A stretch of DNA of 64,000 nucleotides from Candidatus Parvarchaeota archaeon (GCA_017609105.1 JAFCEQ010000001.1:47407-111406); one strand, 5' to 3'; positions 1 through 9,894 are shown, counted from the stretch's first letter. Translations and numbers: made by a program. The notes: generated by a model not told the origin, from the letters alone.

Positions 1-775
1 TTTCTTTAAGAAGTTCTTCATAATTCTCTTTTAATATTTTTAGTGATTCATTAAACATTGTTTTTGCATCTAATTGCTCCCATGACTCAATTGTCATAAT
101 TATTTTTGTTTCATCCCATTCTATATTAATAATGTTTTTACAAGCTTCTAAGCAAGAATCCTTGATTTCACTTATCGCGAGATTAGTGTTATCAACAACA
201 ATTTTTCCTTTCTCTAATTTTATTGCTTCTGAAGTACAATTTTTTATGCATTCTTTTGCTTCTTTTTCAGTATGAGGTTTTACTTTAATTTTAGGAAAAT
301 AAGAGTATGAAACCATGCCTGGAACCCATTTTGCGTGTTCTAATCCTTTTCCTAATACTGCCACAGCTTTTAAGTTTATTTCCTGTCCTTCAAACAATTT
401 TGTTATTGGAATATCTTTTATTACTGGTTCAAAACCTGTTTCAGTTTTTAAATCTCCTGAATAAACTGTTTTAGGTCCTTTCTCTTTTAAATAAAACTCT
501 ACTCTGCATTTATTGCAGCCCTTGCCTTTGCATGAACATTTTTCAGGAAGTTTTAATAATTTTAAATCTGTTTTTAGTGGAATTAAACCAAGTCTTAAAG
601 CAATAACTTCATCATACATTGCACTTGAATTATTTGTAATAACCACATCTTCTATTGCAAGAGTTGGTACCTCAGAAATTATTGTTCTCCTAATAGCATT
701 CGCTTCTTCAGGCATTGTATCTTCAAGCAGAATTTTTGTTTTTATCTTATTTTCACTTATGATTTTTGCTTTCAT
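1..775 (-). CDS. rpoD: DNA-directed RNA polymerase subunit D (Rpo3), partial; the 3' end runs off the window
   Basis: Hand translation of the minus strand from the ATG at 775-773 gives [49 protein letters not shown]... with a Cys cluster [11 protein letters not shown] typical of the Rpo3 Fe-S domain. The start overlaps the rps11 stop (ATGA), and the position after rps13-rps4-rps11 is the conserved archaeal order. Confidence 0.75.
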   Translation of the reverse strand, partial: MKAKIISENKIKTKILLEDTMPEEANAIRRTIISEVPTLAIEDVVITNNSSAMYDEVIALRLGLIPLKTDLKLLKLPEKCSCKGKGCNKCRVEFYLKEKGPKTVYSGDLKTETGFEPVIKDIPITKLFEGQEINLKAVAVLGKGLEHAKWVPGMVSYSYFPKIKVKPHTEKEAKECIKNCTSEAIKLEKGKIVVDNTNLAISEIKDSCLEACKNIINIEWDETKIIMTIESWEQLDAKTMFNESLKILKENYEELLKE

Positions 776-1329
776 ATTCTTCTACCTCTTCTACCTCCTT
801 TTTTCCTGCATCCATCATGAGGTAATGGTGTAACATCTTTTATCACGCCAATTCTAAGTCCTGCTCTCGCAAGAGCTCTTATTGCTGCTTGCGCTCCTGG
901 ACCCGGATGTTTAGGCCCATTATGTCCTCCAGGAGCCCTAACATAAATGTGCACTCCTCCAATTCCTTTTGCTAATATTTCTTGCGCTGCTTTTCTCGCA
1001 ACTTGCATTGCAGCTGTTGGAGATGATTCAAGTCTTGAGGATTTAACAACGTGTCCTCCGCTTACTCTTGCAAAAGTCTCGCTTCCTGTTAAATCAGTTA
1101 CATGAACCATTGTGTTATTATAACTTGAAAAAATATGAGCTATTCCCCACCTAATTTGTCTTTCTTTTCTTCTTTCCTTCTTCTCTTCCATCTTGCTTTC
1201 CTCTTTTTTGTTTTCCTTGACTTCAATTTTTACTTTTTTCTCTTGCGTGTTTTCTTTTTTTTCTTTCTTTGATTCTTGTTTTTCTGCACTAACTGCTTTT
1301 ATTTCTTTTTTTTCTTCATTCTTATTCAT
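772..1329 (-). CDS. rps11: 30S ribosomal protein uS11 with a K/E-rich N-terminal extension
   Basis: The C-terminal 130 aa ([33 protein letters not shown]...[19 protein letters not shown]) is canonical uS11. The start overlaps the rps4 stop; an internal Met would remove the ~45-aa lysine-rich leader. Confidence 0.9.
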   Translation of the reverse strand: MNKNEEKKEIKAVSAEKQESKKEKKENTQEKKVKIEVKENKKEESKMEEKKERRKERQIRWGIAHIFSSYNNTMVHVTDLTGSETFARVSGGHVVKSSRLESSPTAAMQVARKAAQEILAKGIGGVHIYVRAPGGHNGPKHPGPGAQAAIRALARAGLRIGVIKDVTPLPHDGCRKKGGRRGRRI

Positions 1330-1900
1330 TTTCCTTCACTTTTTCCTCTTTTTTTTCTTCTTTTTTCTCTTCTTTTTGAACTTCAACTTTCATTTTTGAA
1401 GTTTCTTCTTTTTTTTCAGCTTTTATTTTTGGCGCGATTCTTATTTGCGCTTCTTCTTTTAGTGTCACAAGCCTTCCTGGTGAAGAAACAACTTTGTCAC
1501 CAATCATTATTTTTTTATGAACTATCATTTGCCTTGCTTGCTTTATTGTTGAAGCAAGTTGTTTTTTATAAACAAGTGTTTGAAGTCTTCTATCAAGGAA
1601 TTGTTCAACAGTTAAGCTAAGCACATCATCTAATTCTGCTTTTGGGTTATCAAGCAATCCTTTATTATATAAGGAAGTTATTAGTCCTTTCTTTTCTTTT
1701 TCAGCTTGTTCACCAACAGCTGAAATAAGTTTTCTTGCTTGAGCTCTCACTCTTCTTAACTCACTCATTACTTTCCATACTTCTGTTTTATTCTTGAAGC
1801 CATACTTTTTTTTCAATCTTATTTCTTCTTTAATTCTTAATTTTTGCCATGGATGGCCAGGTTTTGAATATTTTCTTTTTGGTTTTTTTGGATCTCCCAT
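1322..1900 (-). CDS. rps4: 30S ribosomal protein uS4 (S9e-type) with a K/E-rich C-terminal tail
   Basis: The N-terminus [19 protein letters not shown] and the S4 RNA-binding domain pattern are present. It lies between rps13 and rps11. Confidence 0.9.
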   Translation of the reverse strand: MGDPKKPKRKYSKPGHPWQKLRIKEEIRLKKKYGFKNKTEVWKVMSELRRVRAQARKLISAVGEQAEKEKKGLITSLYNKGLLDNPKAELDDVLSLTVEQFLDRRLQTLVYKKQLASTIKQARQMIVHKKIMIGDKVVSSPGRLVTLKEEAQIRIAPKIKAEKKEETSKMKVEVQKEEKKEEKKEEKVKENE

Positions 1901-1916
1901 TAGTCAGAACACCTTT

Positions 1917-2399
1917 TTACTTCTTTTTCTTTTTAACTCCCATTACAGCTCCTCTTCTTGATTTCCTGTATGGTGGTCTTGTATACCCTGCCTTTGTTCT
2001 TTGTCCTCTTAAAGGCAGATGATTGGAATGTCTTATTCCCTTATATGTTTTTAATTTTTGCATGTCTTTTATATCAAATTGAACTCTTAAATCAAGATCT
2101 GAACTAATTAAATGTTCATCCTTCCCTGTAATCTTATTCCTTCTACGATTTAATAAATAAGAAGGAATCTTGTATTTTTGAGGATTTTTAATAACTTCTA
2201 TTATGGAATTTAATTGTTCTTTTGTTAAATTCCCTACTTTTTCATCATAATCAATATTTAATACTTTTAGTATGGCATTAGCGAAAACATAACTAACTCC
2301 ATAAATCTTAGTCAAGCCTATGCTTATCTTGGTATCTCCTTTTAAATCTACTCCTCCAACACGCACTATTGTTTTTTGTTCTTTTACCATTTTCAACAC
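1917..2399 (-). CDS. rps13: 30S ribosomal protein uS13
   Basis: Residues VRVGGVDLKGDTKISIGLTKIYGV...GIRHSNHLPLRGQRTKAGYT are diagnostic of uS13. Confidence 0.9.
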   Translation of the reverse strand: MLKMVKEQKTIVRVGGVDLKGDTKISIGLTKIYGVSYVFANAILKVLNIDYDEKVGNLTKEQLNSIIEVIKNPQKYKIPSYLLNRRRNKITGKDEHLISSDLDLRVQFDIKDMQKLKTYKGIRHSNHLPLRGQRTKAGYTRPPYRKSRRGAVMGVKKKKK

Positions 2400-2460
2400 T
2401 CTTGTTTGATTTTTTAAAAAACAATTAAACAGTATTTAAAGTTTTTTATTTGTTTCAGAG

Positions 2461-2544
2461 CGCCGGGGACGAGATTCGAACTCGCGCCTTCCGAGGAAGA
2501 CAGGCTTTCAAGGCCTGCGCGTTAGACCACTCCGCCACCCCGGC
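2461..2544 (-). tRNA. tRNA-Ser (anticodon TGA)
   Basis: Reverse complement is GCCGGGGTGGCGGAGTGGTCTAACGCGCAGGCCTTGAAAGCCTG + long variable arm TCTTCCTCGGAAGGC + GCGAGTTCGAATCTCGT CCCCGGC-G. It has a 7-bp acceptor stem, a TTCGAAT T-loop, an anticodon loop CTTGAAA and a long extra arm typical of Ser. Confidence 0.8.
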
Positions 2545-2615
2545 AATAACTAATTTTGAAGCATATCTCTTTTTAAAGCTTTTTCAAAAGAAAATTTTTT
2601 TGATTTGGATAAAAA

Positions 2616-4982
2616 TTATTTTCCAATTTTAATAACTGGTACTGCAACATATTCAGGTGGTTTTTTAATAAATTTAATGTAAATAATCACTGATATTAAT
2701 ATAATCGATGGCAGAACAATAACTAAGAAGAATATGAGCCATGGGAATTGTCTTTTTACAATGAACGGACGTGAGAATGTGCTTTCTCTCTGCCCTATTT
2801 TTGCTGTTACTTTTACATCATAATTTCCTTCTGAGTAATTCGTTAATACTGGGATTTTTTCTTCAAAATTCAGGGTTTTTCTTAAAAATTGTTGGTCGTG
2901 ATTCTCGTAAATGGATTTATTATCTTTTATTATTTCATAGTCAAGCAAGACTTTTGTAATATCCTCCCATGTTTTTGAAATTGTTACATTAAGCAGGAGG
3001 TCTTTGCCTGGTGCTGTTTTTTCTTTTGGAATGCTAATGTAAAGGTCAATCCAATCAATATTTAATGGGTTTGAAAAAGAAAAAAATCTTGCTTTATCTT
3101 CATCAGGGAATTGCATGAAATAATCAATTGAGTAAGAGTAATCTGAACTTGTTGCTTTTGTTTTATCAATTGTTACTTTGAATTGCATGGTTGTATTTGG
3201 TTCAATAGTCACGTTTTGTGGTTCAACAGTGTATTGTGTTTCATTTAGATTGTTTAATTTAATTATTGTATTATTCATGTATGCATTGTAAGGGTTAAGC
3301 ACTGAAATATAAAAACTTAAGTAAGTCGTGTTTTCTTCTGTAACATAAATGTATTGAGTTGTAACAGAGTTAACGCTTACACAACTTGCTTTGCATTCAT
3401 TATCACACCATTGCCCTCCCATTATTGTACAAGTAGTTTCATTATTGCACACTTCCAAGTGTTGAGGGCTGCAACAATATTCTTCTTCACAAGTTCCTGT
3501 AAGAGCACACCATTTCTTACCTAATGATTCGCATTCTGTTTGATTGCATAAACTTAAATGATACTCATCACAACAAGAAGTGTTTCCACAAACACCATTA
3601 CAAAAGTATCCTCCCATATTATAACAATCAGTGACATTCGTGCAAGCTGTTAAATTGCTTATATGACAAGTCAAACAAGGCGAGCTCGAACAATAATTCC
3701 CGCACCAATTACATCCTACGTTTTCACAATCAGTTTTAGTATTACAAGCTGTATCACAATTTGAATAAGAGCAAGTTTCTTCTCCTTCTCCAACAACAAA
3801 AGCACCAATAAAAGTTGATGCTGTTAAAGTGTTAGCGCTTTCATCTTTTGTTGCACTAATGCTTGACCAACTTCCTGTGCAAGTTCTTGAAGAGTAATCC
3901 CATGAAGAGCATCCTTTCATTTGCATTCTTGATTCTGTTACTCCACTATCATCATAAGTTATTTTCACTGTTGCGGAATTATAATTAATTATTCCTGAAT
4001 AAAGCCCTATTGCTTTTTGTGGTGTAAGAGTTAATGGAAGAGAATCATGAGGCACTGGAATATCATCAATTAAAAGAATTTCAGTAATATCATTATTTAT
4101 TGTTGCTGAATTAATTGTTATTTCATAGCTTCCGTAAGTTATTTTAAAAGTATAAGTGCCTTCTATTAAATCAAAAGAATAATCTCCTGTGTAATCTCCT
4201 GAAACAATTGTTCCTGAAGAATTTGTTATTTCTAAATTAACTGTGATAGGCGTTCCGTCTTTATCAACAAAACTACCGCTTACTGTGTGTATGGCTTGAG
4301 AAGATATTGTAAAATAATAAATATATTCTCCTGTCCTATATCCGTCTTTTTCAGCTTTAAAAGTAAAGTGATGACTTCCTGCAGTGTAACCTGATAAATC
4401 AACAGTTCCAACAAAACTACCTCCCTCTCCTGTCGTAACTGTTCCTATTAAATCACTGTCAACATAATATTTTAAATCTTGATTAGCCATTAATTGGCAG
4501 TAACAATCTGGTCCAGCATCTGGTTTGAAATTACAGCAAGCATTATCAACAATTCTTCCTGAAAACCCTACTTGAGCATTCTGCTCGTAAGGGGAGTAAG
4601 TATCAAGATTTAAAGTCAAGTTTAAAGCACCTTCGTAAACATCAACGTTTTTTGTTTTTATCTCATCTTCATAACCTGTTTTATGAGAACGCGTTGTTAA
4701 AACATAAGTTCCTACTTCATTCGGGGCTTCAAAACTTATTATGAATTCTCCACTGCTATTTGTGACAACCATTCCTGCAATGCTATTCACAAGACTTCCG
4801 TCTTTTGTAAGATTGTAATAAACTTCTGCATCACCAATATTCGTGTTTCCAGGAAAAGCTGTTGGTTTCCCTCTTAATGTAATGCCATTTTTTTCATCTC
4901 CTAATTCATGCGTTATTATTTCTGCATTAACTATTGAAATTAAAAAAAACAAGGCAATCATTGAGTAAGTTTTTTTAAGCAT
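2616..4982 (-). CDS. Large Cys-rich cell-surface protein with an N-terminal signal peptide, PEGA/carboxypeptidase-regulatory-like beta domains, four tandem ~30-aa Cys-rich modules and a C-terminal TM anchor
   Basis: Signal peptide MLKKTYSMIALFFLISIVNA. Repeated modules TDCENVGCNWCGNYC / TDCYNMGGYFCNGVC / TECESLGKKWCALTGTC / TTCTIMGGQWCDNEC. C-terminal hydrophobic stretch WLIFFLVIVLPSIILISVIIYIKF followed by KKPP. Confidence 0.5.
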   Translation of the reverse strand: MLKKTYSMIALFFLISIVNAEIITHELGDEKNGITLRGKPTAFPGNTNIGDAEVYYNLTKDGSLVNSIAGMVVTNSSGEFIISFEAPNEVGTYVLTTRSHKTGYEDEIKTKNVDVYEGALNLTLNLDTYSPYEQNAQVGFSGRIVDNACCNFKPDAGPDCYCQLMANQDLKYYVDSDLIGTVTTGEGGSFVGTVDLSGYTAGSHHFTFKAEKDGYRTGEYIYYFTISSQAIHTVSGSFVDKDGTPITVNLEITNSSGTIVSGDYTGDYSFDLIEGTYTFKITYGSYEITINSATINNDITEILLIDDIPVPHDSLPLTLTPQKAIGLYSGIINYNSATVKITYDDSGVTESRMQMKGCSSWDYSSRTCTGSWSSISATKDESANTLTASTFIGAFVVGEGEETCSYSNCDTACNTKTDCENVGCNWCGNYCSSSPCLTCHISNLTACTNVTDCYNMGGYFCNGVCGNTSCCDEYHLSLCNQTECESLGKKWCALTGTCEEEYCCSPQHLEVCNNETTCTIMGGQWCDNECKASCVSVNSVTTQYIYVTEENTTYLSFYISVLNPYNAYMNNTIIKLNNLNETQYTVEPQNVTIEPNTTMQFKVTIDKTKATSSDYSYSIDYFMQFPDEDKARFFSFSNPLNIDWIDLYISIPKEKTAPGKDLLLNVTISKTWEDITKVLLDYEIIKDNKSIYENHDQQFLRKTLNFEEKIPVLTNYSEGNYDVKVTAKIGQRESTFSRPFIVKRQFPWLIFFLVIVLPSIILISVIIYIKFIKKPPEYVAVPVIKIGK

Positions 4983-5014
4983 ACTAATTTATAGTCATTA
5001 CTTTTTAAAAAGAA

Positions 5015-5689
5015 TTGCTAATTTTTTTAAATAAGAAATGTGCTTTCTCCACTATGAATAATAAGAAATCTTTTGAACAACCGCATTATTTTAGTAAAAT
5101 TCAGACTAGCAAACCAAAATTTGGTTATTTAGAAATAACTAATTTGCGTGGTAAAAATTTGAGATTACTAACTTGTTCTGGTGTTTTTAATTACAAAAAA
5201 ATTGATAGGGGCTCTTGGGTGTTAATTGAGCACATGAAATTAAAAGGGAAAAAAGTGCTTGATTATGGTTGCGGTATTGGAGTGATTGGCATAATGTATA
5301 AGATTCTTGTGCCAAAATCTGAGGTCTTGCTTATTGATAGTAATTCTAGAGCTGTTATGGTTGCTAATAAAAACATTAAACTCTTGAAATTAAAAAATAT
5401 TAAAGCAATTAGAAGCACTTTTCTTAGAAGAGTAAAGAATAAAAGTTTTGATAATATTTTGACTGCACCCCCTATTAGTGCTGGAATGAAGTGTTGTGAA
5501 AGAATTATTAGGGAGAGTTATGAAGCTCTTGAAGAAGAAGGTTTATTTCAATTTGTTGCAAGACATAATATAGCAGGAAAAAGATTAATGAATTATGCTA
5601 AAGAATTGTTTGGGAATTGTGAAGTGCTTGCGAAGAAAGGAGGGTTCTGGGTTTATTGTTGTGTTAAGAATAAACGCCTTGTTCCATAA
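5015..5689 (+). CDS. Class I SAM-dependent methyltransferase (small-domain RsmC/Mtq2-like)
   Basis: Motif I VLDYGCGIGVIG, an acidic motif II LIDSN and a motif IV-like TAPPISAG. The true start is possibly the internal Met (MNNKK). Confidence 0.5.
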   Translation: MLIFLNKKCAFSTMNNKKSFEQPHYFSKIQTSKPKFGYLEITNLRGKNLRLLTCSGVFNYKKIDRGSWVLIEHMKLKGKKVLDYGCGIGVIGIMYKILVPKSEVLLIDSNSRAVMVANKNIKLLKLKNIKAIRSTFLRRVKNKSFDNILTAPPISAGMKCCERIIRESYEALEEEGLFQFVARHNIAGKRLMNYAKELFGNCEVLAKKGGFWVYCCVKNKRLVP

Positions 5690-6608
5690 TCACTCTGCGT
5701 GTTTTTGCTGCTCTTCCTTTTCTTTTCTTTTTCATTTCGTTTGAACTCATTAATGCTTCAGCAAGCGCGACGAGTTCCCCTTTTAAACTCATTATTGCGA
5801 TTAGTTCTTCTTTTTTAATATCCTCATCTATCTTGCATACTCCTGGAAGATTAAGTTGTGCTCCTTGACATATTGTTTTAACAGCGGAATCTGATATCCA
5901 TATTTTTTTTAAATGAGAAACAGCTACTTCTATTGGAAGAATGCAGTAACGCAAATATTTTTCGTTCTTATTTTTTTTGTAAAAATGCATTGCATCAATT
6001 AAATCTTGAAGAGTAACTAAATTCGTTTCTTCAGTGAAGGGTCCTGCTTTTATTCTTCTTAACTCCTGCATGTTCGCCCCGACTTTAAGAAACTCGCCCA
6101 TATCATGAATTAGTTTTCTTATGTATGTTCCTGCTTCGCATTCAATAATCATTAAAACATCATTTCCTTTCATTTCTAGGATTTCAATATTGTAAACTTT
6201 TCTTTTTCTCTTAACTCTTTTTACATTGCTTTTCTTAGGAGGTAATTGAATGATTTCGCCTGTGAATTGTTTAATAGCAAGTTTAAGTTGTTTTTGCGTT
6301 ATTTTTTTGTGAAAATGAGCTAAACACACATATTTCTTGCTTGCTTTAAGCACTGCTTGAATTGCTTTTGTGCCTTTTCCAAGCATTATTGGTAGAACAC
6401 CATTAACTTTTGGATCAAGTGTTCCACTATGTCCTGCTTTATTGATTTTAAGAATTTTTTTAACACTTTCCACTACTTGATGGCTTGTTGGTCCTGATGG
6501 CTTATCAAGGTTCACAACCCCGTATTTCAAGAGTTCGTCTACGGTTCTCATCATGGGTTTTTTTCCATATTCTGGGTTTGTTTGTGATTCGTTTAATGTT
6601 ATAGCCAT
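5664..6608 (-). CDS. cbf5: H/ACA RNP pseudouridine synthase Cbf5 (TruB family) with a C-terminal PUA domain
   Basis: TruB catalytic motif KPSGPTSHQVVESVKKIL...AGHSGTLDPKVNGVLPIMLGKGTK. The context is downstream of the cmk-rpl14e cluster, as in many archaea. Confidence 0.85.
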   Translation of the reverse strand: MAITLNESQTNPEYGKKPMMRTVDELLKYGVVNLDKPSGPTSHQVVESVKKILKINKAGHSGTLDPKVNGVLPIMLGKGTKAIQAVLKASKKYVCLAHFHKKITQKQLKLAIKQFTGEIIQLPPKKSNVKRVKRKRKVYNIEILEMKGNDVLMIIECEAGTYIRKLIHDMGEFLKVGANMQELRRIKAGPFTEETNLVTLQDLIDAMHFYKKNKNEKYLRYCILPIEVAVSHLKKIWISDSAVKTICQGAQLNLPGVCKIDEDIKKEELIAIMSLKGELVALAEALMSSNEMKKKRKGRAAKTRRVIMEQGVYS

Positions 6609-6623
6609 TGTTTTTCACAAATT

Positions 6624-7181
6624 TTATTCTTTTAAATGATTTATTATTAAATTAAATTCTTTTTCAGTTATTTCAGGCCATTGAAGTTTGTTTAAGAGGT
6701 AATCTAAACTCATAATTTTTATTGGTTTTGATTTAACAAATCTTATTATTATTTTATTGTTTTTTATTTTAAAAGAGAAATCTTCAAAATCAGGGAATTC
6801 TTTTAAAATATGTTTTAAGTTTTCTATTCTTATTTTAGTTCTTGGATTATAATCTTTTTCAAAATAATAATTTTTGCACATTTTAGTAGTGTTTGTTTTG
6901 AATTTGTATTGAGTATTGTAAAGCGCGATTTCATCTAGAAATGCTTTGCCATCTTTGATTTTAACATTTTTGTTAGAAAGAAAAATGAAGTAATCATTTG
7001 TTAAGTTTTTCTTTTTTATTGAGTGTCCCGCTTTTTCTGCATAAATAAAGGATTGGTAAATAGTTGAAGAAATTATTAGAATTGTTAAGAATGTTAAAAG
7101 AAAATCAATATTATTGATTTCTATGATAATTATTAATGCTAACAATAATAATATAGTTATTTTAAAAAAATGTTTTTTCAT
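6624..7181 (-). CDS. Hypothetical protein with an N-terminal membrane anchor
   Basis: ORF with an N-terminal hydrophobic segment ITILLLLALIIIIEI. No recognisable motif. Confidence 0.35.
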   Translation of the reverse strand: MKKHFFKITILLLLALIIIIEINNIDFLLTFLTILIISSTIYQSFIYAEKAGHSIKKKNLTNDYFIFLSNKNVKIKDGKAFLDEIALYNTQYKFKTNTTKMCKNYYFEKDYNPRTKIRIENLKHILKEFPDFEDFSFKIKNNKIIIRFVKSKPIKIMSLDYLLNKLQWPEITEKEFNLIINHLKE

Positions 7182-7291
7182 GAAGAATATTAAACAAATT
7201 TTGGATTAAAAGATTTTGTTAAAATTTTGATGAAATATTTTTTTTGAAAAAGTATTAATTTTATGATAGCCTTATTAAATAGGGGGTTTTT

Positions 7292-7690
7292 TTGTGGAGT
7301 AAGGAAGAAGAGGATTATGTGAGGATTGAAATCTCTATTCATAATGTTATTCTTGCTAATAATATTTTAATTGGTTCTGAAAAGAATAGGGTGAGCACAT
7401 CTTATTTGTTGTTGAATTATCTTGGCGGTAATTTTGAGAACTTGAAGGCAATTGATGAAAAAAGCGTGTCGTATAAGAGAGAAAAAAGGCATTGGTTCTT
7501 GTTTCTTAATAATTTGGGCGGGCAGTATTATTTAAGTGATTGTGATAATTTTTTTTTAAAAAGCATTGAAAGAGGTTCTTTAGAAGAAGTTTATTATTTA
7601 ACTAAGGATGTTTGTAAAACTTTTGGAAGTCAAGAATGTGATAGTAATGCTAAGAATCTTTTAAATTTTTTGAAAACATTAAAAAAGTAG
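7292..7690 (+). CDS. Hypothetical protein
   Basis: Isolated 132-aa ORF with ordinary composition and no recognisable motif. Confidence 0.3.
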   Translation: MWSKEEEDYVRIEISIHNVILANNILIGSEKNRVSTSYLLLNYLGGNFENLKAIDEKSVSYKREKRHWFLFLNNLGGQYYLSDCDNFFLKSIERGSLEEVYYLTKDVCKTFGSQECDSNAKNLLNFLKTLKK

Positions 7691-7699
7691 TTTAAAAAT

Positions 7700-8066
7700 T
7701 GATTTCTTTATTTTCTCTCTTGCCTTGCTTTTAATTATTTTTTCCTGTCCTTCTTTCACTTTGCCTTATTTTTTATTTTCTTTCTTTTCTTTCTTCTCGC
7801 TTTTTCTTGTCCTTTAACTTTCCCTTATTTTTTTCTGCTGACTTATTCTTTATTTTTCTTAATTTTTTTCCTTTGCTTTCTTTATTTTTTACTTTTCCTG
7901 CTGCGCTTTATTCTTTATTTTTCTTAATTTTTTTCCTTTTTATTTTCTTGCTTTGTTTTGTTTGCCTTATTTTTTCCTGCTGTTTTATTCTTTGTTTTCT
8001 TTCTTTCCTGCCCTTTAACTTTTTATTTTCTTTCTTCTCGCTTTTTCTTGTCCTTTAACTTTTCCC
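7700..8066. repeat. Pyrimidine-rich (purine-rich on the coding strand) degenerate tandem repeat tract 3' of rpl14e, with units of ~65-70 nt related to the rpl18/rpl19e leader element
   Basis: Repeated cores such as ttattctttatttttcttaatttttttccttt occur twice, tttctttcttctcgctttttcttgtcctttaactt occurs twice and tttgccttatttttt(c)ctgc occurs three times. They share the gccttatttttttcctgc-ttattctttatttt core with the 14372-14534 and 15166-15326 copies. Confidence 0.6.
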
Positions 8067-8378
8067 TTATTTTTTTTCTTTTTTTGCTGTTGTTTTTTTC
8101 TTAGTTTTTTCTTGTTTCTTTTCTTTTCTTGTTTTCTTGTCTTTTGTTTTTAATTTGAATCCTGCTTCAATCAATGCTTTTCTTGTTTCTTCTGTGCTTG
8201 CATTCTTTTTTATTTTTAAGATTACTGGCGCGAAATCAAGGTGTGCTATATTGCATTTCCTTCTTTTCACATCGCCATCAATAATCACGAACTTATCATC
8301 AAGTTTGTCTATAATAACGCAAACACGTCCGGCTTCTCTTCCTGCAATTTTAATACAAACTCTTCCAATTTCTATCAT
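8067..8378 (-). CDS. rpl14e: 50S ribosomal protein eL14 (KOW domain) with a K-rich C-terminal tail
   Basis: MIEIGRVCIKIAGREAGRVCVIIDKLDDKFVIIDG is the eL14 KOW signature. The cmk-rpl34e neighbourhood matches. Confidence 0.8.
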   Translation of the reverse strand: MIEIGRVCIKIAGREAGRVCVIIDKLDDKFVIIDGDVKRRKCNIAHLDFAPVILKIKKNASTEETRKALIEAGFKLKTKDKKTRKEKKQEKTKKKTTAKKEKK

Positions 8379-8434
8379 AAATGTTTTAACATAAGAAACT
8401 ATTTTAAAAAGTTTTTGGAAATCAATTTATTTTT

Positions 8435-9112
8435 TTAAGTTATCTTTTTTTTCATTTTTTTTAATTCTTTTAAATAACAAACAATAGTTTTTTCTAAACT
8501 TTTTGTGTTGAGCACGCTCGCATCTAAGATTAAATCAAAAGGTGAGAGGTCTTTTCCGTATTCAAAACCGTATAATTTTTTGTATAATTCTGTGTTTTTT
8601 TTATCTCTTTCTTTAATCACTTCTCTCGCTTCTTCAAATGATAAGTTATCTCTGAGCATGCAACGATTAATACGTGTTTCATCATCTACTTTAAGCCATA
8701 TTTTTATACCGTACTTGCTTAGCCAAGGCATTGTCCAACTTGTAATTACAATATTTCCGTTGTTAATTTTTTTAATAAGTTTTTCATCAATTCTTTTATC
8801 TATTTTGTTGTCTTTTTTTCTTAGAGCAAGGAATTTCATTCCTTCTTTAGTACTCCACCAATTTTTTTTATTAACTTCTTCTTTTGAGAACCCGTCTTCA
8901 ATTGCAATTTCTTTCATTGCTTTTTTAATCATGTCTCCTCCATCAACATAAGTTAAACCCATTTTTTTTGAAATTTTTTTTGCAATTGTTGATTTACCAC
9001 TGCAAGGCATTGCTGAAATAATTATTGAAAGCTTATTATTTGGGAAATAAGTGTTTAATCGCGTTTTATTAAGAATTTTTAAATCTTTTATTTTTACTTG
9101 TTTTAATATCAT
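8435..9112 (-). CDS. cmk: Cytidylate kinase (archaeal type)
   Basis: P-loop SAMPCSGKSTIAKKI, and conserved placement between rpl34e and rpl14e. The ORF carries ~34 extra N-terminal codons, and the true start is probably the Met preceding PCSGKST (near 9010). Confidence 0.75.
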   Translation of the reverse strand: MILKQVKIKDLKILNKTRLNTYFPNNKLSIIISAMPCSGKSTIAKKISKKMGLTYVDGGDMIKKAMKEIAIEDGFSKEEVNKKNWWSTKEGMKFLALRKKDNKIDKRIDEKLIKKINNGNIVITSWTMPWLSKYGIKIWLKVDDETRINRCMLRDNLSFEEAREVIKERDKKNTELYKKLYGFEYGKDLSPFDLILDASVLNTKSLEKTIVCYLKELKKMKKKIT

Positions 9113-9151
9113 TATCTTTTGTTTAAAAAAAATTAAGAAATATAAGTTTTT

Positions 9152-9394
9152 TTAAAACTTCTCTTTAATTTTTTGAATTATTTTTTTTCTACTGCAAGAA
9201 GAACATAATTCTGGGTATGGTCTTTCAGGTCTTCTCTTAGTTTTTGCTCCTTCTTTCCTGCCGTGCAAGGGTTTCTTACACTCAGCGCACACTGGTTTTT
9301 TGTTCTTTTTTTTAGCAAAAACTTTTTTTGTTTTACTTCCAGGTGTTCTAACAAATTTTCTTCTTAAGGAAGTTACTCTTCTGCTTGGCCTCAT
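9152..9394 (-). CDS. rpl34e: 50S ribosomal protein eL34
   Basis: MRPSRRVTSLRRKFVRTPGSK...CAECKKPLHG is the eL34 signature with a Zn-ribbon. Confidence 0.8.
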   Translation of the reverse strand: MRPSRRVTSLRRKFVRTPGSKTKKVFAKKKNKKPVCAECKKPLHGRKEGAKTKRRPERPYPELCSSCSRKKIIQKIKEKF

Positions 9395-9444
9395 TTTTTA
9401 CCACTAACTTCTTCAATATTTAACGCTTTAAAAATTTTACTCAT

Positions 9445-9894
9445 TTACCATAAATATTTTTCAAAAACTTTTTTAGTGATAACACTAAAAAATAAGGAGA
9501 AAAGAATGTAAGTTCCGAGCCAACCAAAACCAATTCCGAACAAGGGTATTTTAAACCCCCAACTTAATACTGTTCCTGCATTCTTGAAAAGCTTGCTCAT
9601 ATAAGCAAAAACTATCCAAAAAGGCATGAGCGTAATAAAAGTTGGTTTCATGCTTATTCTGCTCATTTTCAAGCTCTTGTTAACCATGTGTTTTTGTTTT
9701 TTCATGTAATCCGGGTGAGTTGGATGGATTTGTTTTAATTCTTTTTTAAGAGAATCAATTTCTTCTTTTATTTTTTTGAATTCTTTTGTGTCAACCATGA
9801 ATTTGAAGACAACTTGATTTAAGAGTGATAATGTTAAAGAAAATATTGCTATAAGCAAAAGATTATTCACTGCCATTCCAAATATTAATGCCAT
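9445..9894 (-). CDS. DUF106 / EMC3-YidC-like membrane insertase homolog
   Basis: Three TM segments with a charged coiled-coil (KEFKKIKEEIDSLKKELKQI) between TM1 and TM2. It occupies the conserved secY-(adk)-DUF106-cmk slot. Confidence 0.6.
   Translation of the reverse strand: MALIFGMAVNNLLLIAIFSLTLSLLNQVVFKFMVDTKEFKKIKEEIDSLKKELKQIHPTHPDYMKKQKHMVNKSLKMSRISMKPTFITLMPFWIVFAYMSKLFKNAGTVLSWGFKIPLFGIGFGWLGTYILFSLFFSVITKKVFEKYLW

Noticed and set aside
513-833. Plus-strand ORF 513-833
   Set aside because: It is antisense to the hand-translated rpoD coding sequence and F/I-rich.
7700-8066. Tandem repeat tract considered as a CRISPR array
   Set aside because: Units are degenerate and of uneven length with no unique spacers. 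Composition is pure low-complexity polypyrimidine, and no cas1/cas2 is nearby.
7807-8438. Plus-strand ORFs 7807-8058, 8137-8394 and 8241-8438
   Set aside because: They lie in the pyrimidine repeat tract or antisense to rpl14e, with low-complexity F/L-rich products.
9010-9112. N-terminal 34 codons of the cmk ORF
   Set aside because: cmk homologues begin at the Met just before the P-loop (here ...SAMPCSGKST). The upstream extension is likely not translated.
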